DNA of 64,000 bases from Bacteroidota bacterium (GCA_020436225.1 JAGQYE010000086.1:4410-68409), one strand, 5' to 3'; shown: positions 9,741-18,288, numbered from the stretch's first letter. The notes: a model not told the origin generated them from the sequence alone. Made by a program: numbers and translations.

Positions 9741-10454
9741 ATGCTGTTAAATCCCATTTTAAAAGAAAAACTATTGATTGATATAAGTTGCGGCTTGTAT
9801 GTACTTTTTCTTGCTCCGGTTGTAAAAAACATTGTTGAACAAAGCATATACGGCTGGGGTAATGCCAAAGGAGCAGGTATTTTAGCCATTACTCTACTCA
9901 TTTTCAATGTTTTTGAAATATTTGCCGTTTCGCCATTTATCAGCCAAATCCTGAACGAAATAACAGACAAAAAGATACTGTTTTCAAAACAAACTTCTTT
10001 GATTTTGCTGATTGTTATGCATGCAGTGGTAACATTGATTGCTGTAATTTTTGCTTTTCAGTTGCTCGGTTATACGTTTAAAACACAGGCTTTGTTTTTA
10101 AGTATTGTTGTTGTTTTTATTTTGGCAAAAGAAGTTTTCTTATTGAAAAATTGCATATCCCAAACGCCTATAATCCTTTTCAATGCAGGCTTTTGCAAAT
10201 GGGTCATTGCACTGTATTCCTGTTTAATTTTTACTATTTTTCTGGATGGCAACCAAAGCAACCCCTCATCAAATATTTATATGCTTTTTTTGAATATGGT
10301 AGCTATGGGACTTTTTTTTGCAGTTTTTTACTATGCTATGCGACTGCCCTACACGTTTTATTCGGTTGTTTATAAAACAAGTTCTTACGACAAACTCATT
10401 GGTTTTGTTTCGTTTTTGTTGGTTTTGATTCCGGCAGTTTTAAGGAAAATTTAA
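9741..10454 (+). CDS. polytopic membrane protein, unknown function
   Basis: 237 aa with about 6-7 hydrophobic helices. Last gene of the co-directional cluster. Confidence 0.6.
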   Translation: MLLNPILKEKLLIDISCGLYVLFLAPVVKNIVEQSIYGWGNAKGAGILAITLLIFNVFEIFAVSPFISQILNEITDKKILFSKQTSLILLIVMHAVVTLIAVIFAFQLLGYTFKTQALFLSIVVVFILAKEVFLLKNCISQTPIILFNAGFCKWVIALYSCLIFTIFLDGNQSNPSSNIYMLFLNMVAMGLFFAVFYYAMRLPYTFYSVVYKTSSYDKLIGFVSFLLVLIPAVLRKI

Positions 10455-10523
10455 ACCACATTCCAAAGAATGAATTATAGCTGAAATGATAGTTAGAAAT
10501 TTATTAAAGAAACTTCAAAAAAA

Positions 10524-11135
10524 ATGGACGACAAAACATTAAATAGAAGTATTTGCTAAAATATTAGCAATCTTCAATTTGAGAAATACGCAGCACATTT
10601 TGTAAAAATAAAATTCATTGCTGCCAATTGTGCTATTTACGAAGATGCAGGTGGGAGTAGGGGAGTAAGTTTTGTTGTAAAAAACGAGAAAGGTCAATAT
10701 GTGGATATTTATCTTATACCAACAAGACACCTATTAAATACTTATAGATTCCTCCTACCTCGAAATGACAATGCGGAGTTTTATTTGTCATTTCGACTGG
10801 AGGGAGGAATCTGATTATACTAAAATAGATGTACAACTGTTATTGCTACGGTTTATATCGGAAAAACAAATTACGTTGCTATCCCAAAATACTATTGGAA
10901 TAAAGAGCTTCGGGAAAATCTTTATTTGGTTTTAGTATTGTTTATGGATGACCGCGAGCCGATATTTTATTTAATACCGTCCATAGTCTGGCGTACACCA
11001 GATGAATTGTTTACAGACAGTTCAGGTTATTCCCGTAATAAACCGTCTTGGGGAATCAATATTTCAAAAAATACCATTCCGACACTTGCAGAGAAATATT
11101 GGTTCGAAAATATTATGTTAAATAGAAAATCCTGA
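10524..11135 (+). pseudogene. decayed gene, possibly a PD-(D/E)XK-type nuclease-fold remnant
   Basis: A single reading frame from ATG 10524 to the stop at 11133-11135, interrupted by in-frame stops at 10557 (TAA), 10812 (TGA) and 10821 (TAA). It reads MDDKTLNRSIC*NISNLQFEKYAAHF...GVSFVVKNEKGQYVDIYL...*LY*...GKTNYVAIPKYYW...EPIFYLIPSIVW... Confidence 0.45.
10749..10809. repeat. 61-nt imperfect palindromic (hairpin) element inside the pseudogene
   Basis: 11-bp perfect inner stem CGAAATGACAA (10761-10771) / TTGTCATTTCG (10785-10795), plus a 7-bp outer stem TTCCTCC (10749-10755) / GGAGGAA (10803-10809). Two in-frame stops follow immediately. Confidence 0.6.
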
Positions 11136-11149
11136 TTGTCTGTCGGAAT

Positions 11150-11470
11150 TTAATGGCATTGATGCATGAGCGTTAAGAAAATGGATGGAGTGTAGCGTTA
11201 AAAATGCCTTCTGTCCGAAGCGTAGGCGAAGCCGTAGCAAGTTTAGGCATTTTAGCGGAACGCAATCCATTTTTAGCGAAGGCATCACAGCCTTGATTTT
11301 TTGGTTCTTTTGCATCAAGGCAAAAGAAGATATAGACAAATTCGTGAGCGCCAGCATAGAAAAATGCGGAATAAAAGCCTGATAAGGCACATACGCATTT
11401 TTTGTATGCCAGCGAACACCACGAAATAAAAATTTTCTTTTCTGTGCGTGGGCAAAAAAAATTAAATGCG
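11150..11470. repeat. GC-richer noncoding segment rich in AGCG words and short hairpins
   Basis: Recurrent AGCGTTAA (x2), AGCGTAGG, AGCGGAAC, AGCGAAGG, AGCGCCAG, AGCGAACA. Overlapping alternative stems at 11291-11297/11314-11320 and 11307-11313/11320-11326. The ORFs on both strands have no convincing protein character. Confidence 0.4.
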
Positions 11471-11573
11471 GAGGCTGTGCGTTGGCTTTGTGCAGCAAAA
11501 TTTAATGTATAAGTTTTCAGTTCGACACATTAAAATTTTGCAAGCAAATTGCGTGGGTGAAGCGGCTATTTAC

Positions 11574-11716
11574 ACATAATGTCTAATTATAGGACAAAAT
11601 ATTTTCAACAATTCAGTTGAGGTATTTACAACAGTTGGGATTATTTAACATAATATCATTATAGGACGACCGGGCTTTTTAGCCCGGGTATTTTGTCCTA
11701 TAATTTATATTATGTT
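11574..11716. repeat. MITE-like element: about 27-nt terminal inverted repeats plus an internal third copy and a GC hairpin
   Basis: ACATAATGTCTAATTATAGGACAAAATA (11574-11601) versus the reverse complement of 11689-11715, ACATAATATAAATTATAGGACAAAATA. A third direct copy ACATAATATCATTATAGGAC lies at 11648-11667. Hairpin CCGGGCT-TTTT-AGCCCGG at 11670-11687. Confidence 0.6.
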
Positions 11717-11860
11717 AAATAGGTTTATTGCATTCGTCAATTGTTCAATCTATATTGATATAGAATAATTTAGAAATTAGTAGAATCGAAAATATATATG
11801 TTTGAAAAAAAAGTCCGATATTAGCCAATTCAAAAATACTAAACTTCACTACATCTAAAT

Positions 11861-12595
11861 ATGTACTTATATACAAACTGGGCTGCAACTATACCAATGG
11901 CGAACGAAGAGCAAGATTTTGAACCATTCGTTCATTTATTAGCAAGAGTAATGGATGTTATAGGTACAGGAAAAATCTATTTTATCATTGATAATGCTTC
12001 TAAAGACAGAACCTTAGAATTGGCTCAAGAATTACAAAAAAAGGATAAACGATTTGAAGTGGTTTGGGCACCACAAAATAAAAATGTGGTTGATGCCTAT
12101 TTAACGGGCTTTAAGGTTGCTTATGAAAATGGACATGATATTATTATAGAAATGGATGCCGGTTTGAGTCATGATCCAAGAGCCATTCCGATGTATTTAC
12201 GCGTTTTAAACGAAGGAAATGAAGTGGCGTTCGGCTCTCGTTTCATAAAAGATGGCTCAATGGGCGATTCTCCTTTCCGACGAAGATTCTTAAGTAAAAG
12301 TGGAACAATATTAGCTAACTTATTGTTAGGCACTAAGTTATATGATATGACATCAGGCTTTCAAGGCTTTCATAGAGATGTCATCGGCAAGTTGTTACAA
12401 TATCCTCTCAAATCAAGAGCACATTTTTACCAAACAGAAGTAAAATATCTTTTGCGTAAACATAGAACAGCTGAAGTTCCAATTCATTACCAAGCACCTT
12501 CACCAAGAGTTTCTCCATCAGCTATAAAAAATGCAAGAAATACGCTTTTATATTATTTTTGGGAAAGATTAAAAGGCAACACACCTACATTGTAA
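11861..12595 (+). CDS. family-2 glycosyltransferase (Dpm1/polyprenol-phosphate glycosyltransferase-like)
   Basis: IPMANEE near the N-terminus, IDNASKDRT, EMDAGLSHDP (DxD-type region), SGFQGFHR. Confidence 0.75.
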   Translation: MYLYTNWAATIPMANEEQDFEPFVHLLARVMDVIGTGKIYFIIDNASKDRTLELAQELQKKDKRFEVVWAPQNKNVVDAYLTGFKVAYENGHDIIIEMDAGLSHDPRAIPMYLRVLNEGNEVAFGSRFIKDGSMGDSPFRRRFLSKSGTILANLLLGTKLYDMTSGFQGFHRDVIGKLLQYPLKSRAHFYQTEVKYLLRKHRTAEVPIHYQAPSPRVSPSAIKNARNTLLYYFWERLKGNTPTL

Positions 12596-12617
12596 TATTA
12601 CATAAAAACTTTAATAA

Positions 12618-13628
12618 ATGGCAAATAAATCATTAGTAATCACATCAATAGCTAACGACAAATTAGAAGTTTTACATACGTTTGCAAAATCTTGTACAGA
12701 AAAGAACATCAAATTTATAATGATTGGCGATACAAAATCGCCGGAGCAATTTCATATTGATGGATGTGATTTTTGGTCGGTAGATCGACAATTAACCTTG
12801 AATTCTGAATTTGCAAAAATTTGTCCAACCAGACATTATGCACGCAAAAATATCGGTTACATTATAGCCATGCAAAATGGAACTGATGAATTGGTTGAAA
12901 CTGACGACGATAACCTACCTCGTCCGGAATTTTGGGAAGAAACTACAAAAGAAATAAATGCTTATAACATTAAAGATACAGGTTGGATTAATGTATATAA
13001 ATACTTCAGTAACAAATTTATATGGCCAAGAGGTTTACCTTTAGAAGAACTTCAAAAACAAACACCAAATTTAGATGATTTTTCTGCAGAAATCGTTACT
13101 TGCCCGATACAACAAGGACTTGCTGATGAAAATCCGGATGTAGATGCTGTTTTTCGATTAACTTATCCTCTACCTTTAGATTTTGAAAAAATTGGAACGC
13201 CTTTGGCTTTAGGTAATAATGCTTGGAGCCCATTTAACAGTCAAAATACGTATTGGTATAAAGAAGCATTTCCGTTGTTGTATTTGCCGGCTTATTGTAG
13301 TTTTAGAATGACGGATATTTGGCGCAGTTATGTGGCGCAGCGCATTGCTTGGGCAAATGGCTGGTCAATTCTTTATCACGATGCGACAGTTTGGCAAGAA
13401 AGAAATGAGCATAATTTGTTGAAAGATTTTGAGGATGAAATTCCGGGTTATCTAAATAATAGTAAAATTTGCCAAGAATTAGGCAACCTCAATATCAAAG
13501 GTGGCAAAGAAAATATGTTAGATGATTTGTTAACTTGCTATGATATGTTGACAGGAAAAGGATTTGTAGGCAAAGAAGAAGATGCATTGGTGCGTGCTTG
13601 GTGCAACGATATCAGTAAAGTTTGGTAA
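12618..13628 (+). CDS. STELLO/DUF288-like putative glycosyltransferase
   Basis: LVITSI...IMIGDTKSP and ARKNIGYIIAMQNGTDELVETDDDNLP resemble the DUF288 (STELLO) signature as I remember it. Confidence 0.5.
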   Translation: MANKSLVITSIANDKLEVLHTFAKSCTEKNIKFIMIGDTKSPEQFHIDGCDFWSVDRQLTLNSEFAKICPTRHYARKNIGYIIAMQNGTDELVETDDDNLPRPEFWEETTKEINAYNIKDTGWINVYKYFSNKFIWPRGLPLEELQKQTPNLDDFSAEIVTCPIQQGLADENPDVDAVFRLTYPLPLDFEKIGTPLALGNNAWSPFNSQNTYWYKEAFPLLYLPAYCSFRMTDIWRSYVAQRIAWANGWSILYHDATVWQERNEHNLLKDFEDEIPGYLNNSKICQELGNLNIKGGKENMLDDLLTCYDMLTGKGFVGKEEDALVRAWCNDISKVW

Positions 13629-13635
13629 TTTCAAA

Positions 13636-14355
13636 CTATTTCAAATCAAATAAATTACTTGTGCCGATGGTTCTTTCAACAGTAAATCCTTCGCCGTAAG
13701 CTACATTTATTTGTCCGCCGAAAAGTTTCATTTTTGCTTTTACAAAATCTAAGTAATCTTCTCTTGAAATTGGAGTTGTTGGCTCAGTAGAATTTGGGTC
13801 GTAAAATTGAGATTTAAAAGCTTTTATTGTTTCTATCTTTTTATCTTCAAAACCGGAAATATCGACAACAAAATCTGGTATCATGTTTTGTTCTTGAATA
13901 TATCTATAAATAGTTTTTGGTCGCCATTTTTCTTGTTTTTTCCCATCTATTATTGTTTCAATTTTAGATAATCCACTTAAAAATGCAGCTCTGTTTACTA
14001 AATCGCCACCTCGTTTGTGGTCAGGATGTCGGTCGTTTTTTGCATTTGCCAAAATTATTTCCGGTTGATATTTACGAATCACTTGAATTATTGGCAATAA
14101 GTGTTGTTCATCAATCTCGAAAAAACCATCTCTAAAACCTAAATTTTCTCTAATATGGATGCCTAATATTTCTGACGATTTTGCAGATTCTTGAGCTCGA
14201 ATTTCTGCTGAACCACGTGTTCCCAATTCGCCTCGTGTTAAATCAACTATGCCGACTTTATAACCCAAATCGATATGTTTCATAATGGTGCCACTACAAG
14301 AAAGTTCAGCATCATCAGGATGTGCGGCAAAAACAAGAATATCTAATTTATCCAT
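13636..14355 (-). CDS. bshB1: bacillithiol biosynthesis deacetylase BshB1 (LmbE/PIG-L family)
   Basis: AHPDDAELSCSG, GTRGS..IRAQE and HPDH zinc-deacetylase motifs; 239 aa. Confidence 0.75.
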   Translation of the reverse strand: MDKLDILVFAAHPDDAELSCSGTIMKHIDLGYKVGIVDLTRGELGTRGSAEIRAQESAKSSEILGIHIRENLGFRDGFFEIDEQHLLPIIQVIRKYQPEIILANAKNDRHPDHKRGGDLVNRAAFLSGLSKIETIIDGKKQEKWRPKTIYRYIQEQNMIPDFVVDISGFEDKKIETIKAFKSQFYDPNSTEPTTPISREDYLDFVKAKMKLFGGQINVAYGEGFTVERTIGTSNLFDLK

Positions 14356-14388
14356 AAATAATGTAGAAGGAGCAAAAAAAGCTCAATT

Positions 14389-14886
14389 TTAGTGTTCTAA
14401 TAAATATCTGATTCCGTTTTTAATTTTCTCGGAATCGGGTTCTGTTGTCGGAATAAAATAATCAACAACAACGCCATCTTTGTCTATCAGATATTTTTGA
14501 AAATTCCATTTTGGATGTGTAAGTAGATTTACGCCCGGCGCATTATCACCCAAAAATTTAAAAAGTTCGTGTTGCTCCTCTCCTTTTTTTACGTGGATTT
14601 TTTCCATTATAGGAAAGGTAACGCCATAATTTATTTTGCAAAACTCTTCGGCTTTATCTGCAGTGTTTGGCTCCTGTCCGGCAAAATCATTAGATGGAAA
14701 TCCAATAATTTCAAAATCTTCTTTATTGAATTCTTGATATAGTTTTTCCAACTTATCAAATTGAGGTGTTAAGCCACATTTGGAAGCTGTGTTGACCACT
14801 AACAGAACTTTTCCTTTATAATCTGCTAAGTTTACCTCTTTATTTTGAGCGTTTTTGACCTGGAATTGGTGTATCGATTTTTTCAT
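14389..14886 (-). CDS. glutathione peroxidase family protein
   Basis: NTASKCGLTPQF, GFPSNDFAGQEP, KWNFQKYLID. Confidence 0.85.
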   Translation of the reverse strand: MKKSIHQFQVKNAQNKEVNLADYKGKVLLVVNTASKCGLTPQFDKLEKLYQEFNKEDFEIIGFPSNDFAGQEPNTADKAEEFCKINYGVTFPIMEKIHVKKGEEQHELFKFLGDNAPGVNLLTHPKWNFQKYLIDKDGVVVDYFIPTTEPDSEKIKNGIRYLLEH

Positions 14887-15487
14887 GATCTATAATGTAT
14901 TTAGTGCCATCTGTATGGTAAATATACTGTAATCGTTGAATATAATTTTCAATTTCTTTGTCTTTTCCTTCGGGTTCATATTTGGCTTTCATATCTAAAC
15001 TGAAAAACTTTCCTGCAAAATTCCACCAAAATGCTTTCCATCTACTTCTGTAATCTTTTAATAAATCATAAACGGTAATGCCGGTTTCTCTGTTGATGAG
15101 TAAAATTAAATATTGACCTTGTTTGCGTGTTAAATTTTTTAATGTCGATTCGAATTCGTTCCTCAGCACTTTTTCACATTCGTTTAAGTAACGTTTTCGC
15201 TCTCGATTTGTTTTGCATTTTTTTAAATCTTCTTGGATTTTATTATTTATTCTGGCAGTACGTAACGCATACGGATAAACTTTGCGTAAGTAGCGTTTTT
15301 GCCAATCTTCTAAGTTTACTTTTTCCAATTTTGTATCTGAAATAACAATAGGATCAAAGACAATTTGAGGTAAAGTATCACCATCAATTACGGTTTGAGG
15401 TAAAATAATTTTGTCTTTTTCCGTTTGACTATATACATTGTCAATACATAGAAAAAACAAACAAAATAAAAGTAATTCGTATTTCAT
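14840..15487 (-). CDS. secreted DUF4294-like protein
   Basis: Signal peptide. The KVYPYA...LTRKQGQYLILLINRETGITVYDLLKDYRS pattern matches DUF4294 from memory. Confidence 0.55.
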   Translation of the reverse strand: MKYELLLFCLFFLCIDNVYSQTEKDKIILPQTVIDGDTLPQIVFDPIVISDTKLEKVNLEDWQKRYLRKVYPYALRTARINNKIQEDLKKCKTNRERKRYLNECEKVLRNEFESTLKNLTRKQGQYLILLINRETGITVYDLLKDYRSRWKAFWWNFAGKFFSLDMKAKYEPEGKDKEIENYIQRLQYIYHTDGTKYIIDHEKIDTPIPGQKRSK

Positions 15488-15621
15488 TATATCGCGAACA
15501 AATTCAAACTAAATTTATGCCAATTTTCATTTTCTTTTATCTTTTTTTTCTAATAAAAAAAGTTAATTACAGATTCATAAAATTTAGTATTTTAAAGTGC
15601 TTTATCTATTTATGATTATTT

Positions 15622-17502
15622 ATGAGATTGATAGTATCATTTATTGTTTGTTTATTTCTAGTACAGTGCAGTAAGCCTGTTGAATCAACATCTGAAGATG
15701 AGCAAAAAATCAATTATTATAATCAACAGTTTTTGAACTATTATAAAATTAATTTAGATACAGCAGCACTTTATTTGGATTCTCTTAAAACAATTTCAAA
15801 CGATTATAAAAATGAATTTGGATTAGCAATTTCTGAATTTGATAATGCTTTGTTAGAACACGTTAAAGGCAATTATAATATTTCCATTAAACATAATGAA
15901 TTGGCATTGGAAGCATTTGATAAATTAAAAAATGACACTTTAATTGCACGAACAAATAATTCTTTAGGTAGTAATTATTGGCAAAAAAGTGATTTCGACA
16001 AATCGTTGCAATATTATTTAACGGCACTTAAAATAAATAAAAAACTTCAATTAAATAATGAAATCGCTATTTGTTACAATTATATTTCAATGTTGTATCA
16101 AACGAGATTTCAATTATCATTGGCAGAAGAATATGCGCAAAAAGCTTATCAAGTAGTAAAGAATGAAAAACCAAATGTTCGCTATATTTCCATTTATCAT
16201 AATCTGGCAAATATTTACGGAATGCAAGCAAAATATAGCGAAGCCATGCAAATGGATAGTATTGGTTTAACATTGTGTAATAGTTTACAAAGCGAATTCA
16301 ATAAATCTATGTTTTATGATAACCTTGCCAATTGTTATTTCTTTTCTAATTATATAGAACAATCTATTGAATTTCATCATAAAGCAATTGCTATCGACTC
16401 CACCTTCAAAAATAAAAAACAACTCAGCGATTCATATTTTAATTTAGGTGCAGTTTATGAAGCAAAAAATGACACGAAACAAGCATTTCAAAACTATAAT
16501 AGAAGTTTGGTTTTATCAAATGATGCCGGCTATAAAATTGGAATTAAAAATGCATATTCTGCATTAGCTGAATTATATTTCAAAACAAATCAACCGAAAG
16601 ATGCTTATCTATTTCTCAAAAAAGCAATAGCAATAAAAGATAGCATCATCAATGAAAATACAGAGCATAAAATTGCAGAATTACAAACGCTTTATGATAT
16701 CAATGAAAAGGAACAAAAAATAGTACAACAGAAATTGCAGATAAGCAATAGAAATAGTTTAATTGCTGCTTTGTTGTTTGTTTTTCTAAGTTCCATTTTA
16801 GTGTATTATCTATTATATAACCGATATAAATTCAGAAAAGAAAAAGAACATCAACAAGAATTATTAGAAGAAGAAACAAAGCGTACTAAAGCTATTCTTA
16901 CTTCTGAAGAAAACGAACGTCAACGGCTTGCGCGTGAACTACATGATGGAGTTGGACAAATGCTCGCTGCTACCAAACTAAATTTGAATAATGTTGACCA
17001 TTCTAATTTTGCTGTTCAACAAGCTGTTGGTTTGTTAGATGATTCGATTCGAGAAATTAGAAATATTTCTCACAACATGATGCCGGAAGTTTTAGTCAAT
17101 AAAGGCTTAAAAATTGCGATAGAAAATTTTATAGAAAAATTAAATAAAAATCAAACCTTGACGATTTCTTTTGAATCCAATGGTTTTAAAGAACAATCCA
17201 TCAATACTACAGAAAAATTAATGTTGTATAGAATTCTTCAAGAAGCTATTCAAAATAGTCTTAAATATGCAAATGCAACAAACATCGACATTCAATTATC
17301 TGCTGATGAAAAAGAATTAACTTTATTAGTGCAAGATAATGGCAAGGGTTTTGATATATCAAAGCTGAATGAAAAAGATGGAATCGGTTTAAAAAATATG
17401 CAACTGCGAGCAGCCTATTTAAAAGGAAATATTGAAATAGATTCTTCTTCTAATTCTGGAACTACGATTATTGTTGAAATTCCATTATCTTACAAAAAAT
17501 GA
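15622..17502 (+). CDS. TPR-repeat sensor histidine kinase (HisKA_3 / NarX-type)
   Basis: Lipobox-like LVQC, about 350 aa of TPR-like repeats, one TM helix, H-box ARELHDGVGQ, and an HATPase_c region (DNGKGF, GIGLKNM). Confidence 0.85.
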   Translation: MRLIVSFIVCLFLVQCSKPVESTSEDEQKINYYNQQFLNYYKINLDTAALYLDSLKTISNDYKNEFGLAISEFDNALLEHVKGNYNISIKHNELALEAFDKLKNDTLIARTNNSLGSNYWQKSDFDKSLQYYLTALKINKKLQLNNEIAICYNYISMLYQTRFQLSLAEEYAQKAYQVVKNEKPNVRYISIYHNLANIYGMQAKYSEAMQMDSIGLTLCNSLQSEFNKSMFYDNLANCYFFSNYIEQSIEFHHKAIAIDSTFKNKKQLSDSYFNLGAVYEAKNDTKQAFQNYNRSLVLSNDAGYKIGIKNAYSALAELYFKTNQPKDAYLFLKKAIAIKDSIINENTEHKIAELQTLYDINEKEQKIVQQKLQISNRNSLIAALLFVFLSSILVYYLLYNRYKFRKEKEHQQELLEEETKRTKAILTSEENERQRLARELHDGVGQMLAATKLNLNNVDHSNFAVQQAVGLLDDSIREIRNISHNMMPEVLVNKGLKIAIENFIEKLNKNQTLTISFESNGFKEQSINTTEKLMLYRILQEAIQNSLKYANATNIDIQLSADEKELTLLVQDNGKGFDISKLNEKDGIGLKNMQLRAAYLKGNIEIDSSSNSGTTIIVEIPLSYKK

Positions 17503-18137
17503 AAATGATTAAAATAATTATTGTAGATGATCACCAAATGTTGATAGATGGGTTGAAAGCAATCCTATCCACACAAAATGATATCGAACTAATTAAATCT
17601 TATACCAATGGTTTTTTGTTATTAGAAGAATTAGAACATCATAACCCTGATATTATTTTGACGGATATTAGTATGCCGGAAATTAATGGCATTGAATTGA
17701 CAAAAAAAATCAAAGAGAAATTTTCAGAAATCAAAATCATTGCGTTGTCTATGTCGAACGAAATTTCTGATATAAATAAGATGTTGGATGTTGGAATTTC
17801 CGGTTATGTTTTAAAAAATGTAGGCAATCAAGAATTAATTGATGCAATAAAAAAAGTTGCTCAAGGTAAAATGCATTTTAGCGATGAAGTCACCGAAGAA
17901 ATGATAAAAAACAAGCATTCTGCTCCAAAAAAAAATACCGAACATCCAAAATTAACTGAACGCGAATTACAAATTTTACAACTTATTGTAGAAGAAAACA
18001 GCAATGCAGAAATTGCTCAAAAACTTTTTATTAGCGAACGTACAGTTGAAACACATCGCAAAAATATGATTCGTAAATTCAACACTAAAACTATTGTCGG
18101 CTTAATAAAATATGCCATCGACAATCAACTAATTTAA
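17499..18137 (+). CDS. response regulator, NarL/LuxR family
   Basis: REC domain (IVDDH..., DISMPEING) plus C-terminal LuxR HTH (LTERELQILQLI...ISERTVETHRKN). 4-nt overlap with the kinase gene. Confidence 0.9.
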   Translation: MKMIKIIIVDDHQMLIDGLKAILSTQNDIELIKSYTNGFLLLEELEHHNPDIILTDISMPEINGIELTKKIKEKFSEIKIIALSMSNEISDINKMLDVGISGYVLKNVGNQELIDAIKKVAQGKMHFSDEVTEEMIKNKHSAPKKNTEHPKLTERELQILQLIVEENSNAEIAQKLFISERTVETHRKNMIRKFNTKTIVGLIKYAIDNQLI

Positions 18138-18240
18138 TCCGTACTACCACTTAGAATAAATACGCAATTTGGTGTATTCTCATCAGAAATAATTTGCTTT
18201 ATCTTTGATTAAAATCAAAAATCATACAGCTAATAAAGGA

Positions 18241-18270
18241 AAGGCAGAACTTTTAATTTCTGCCTTTTAT
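18241..18270. terminator. bidirectional rho-independent terminator between the response regulator gene and trxB
   Basis: 9-bp stem AAGGCAGAA / TTCTGCCTT with an 8-nt loop, and T-rich runs on both strands. Confidence 0.65.
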
Positions 18271-18288
18271 GTTTTAAATTTATCAAGA

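Noticed and set aside
10539-10730. 63-aa minus-strand ORF
   Set aside because: It is antisense to the better-supported, though decayed, plus-strand frame 10524-11135, and its translation shows no protein-like features.
11118-11498. 126-aa minus-strand ORF and nested 65-aa plus-strand ORF (11185-11382)
   Set aside because: Both run through the AGCG-word repeat segment. Their translations are low-complexity (LRLRLRFGQ.., RRRSRSKFRH..). Both strands being open is typical of the GC-richer noncoding repeat, and neither has a promoter or start context.
15622-18137. TPR histidine kinase plus NarL-type regulator as a novel sensor
   Set aside because: Lipobox/TPR-ectodomain HisKA_3 kinases with an overlapping LuxR-type regulator are a common Bacteroidota architecture, and nothing unusual was seen in the sequence.
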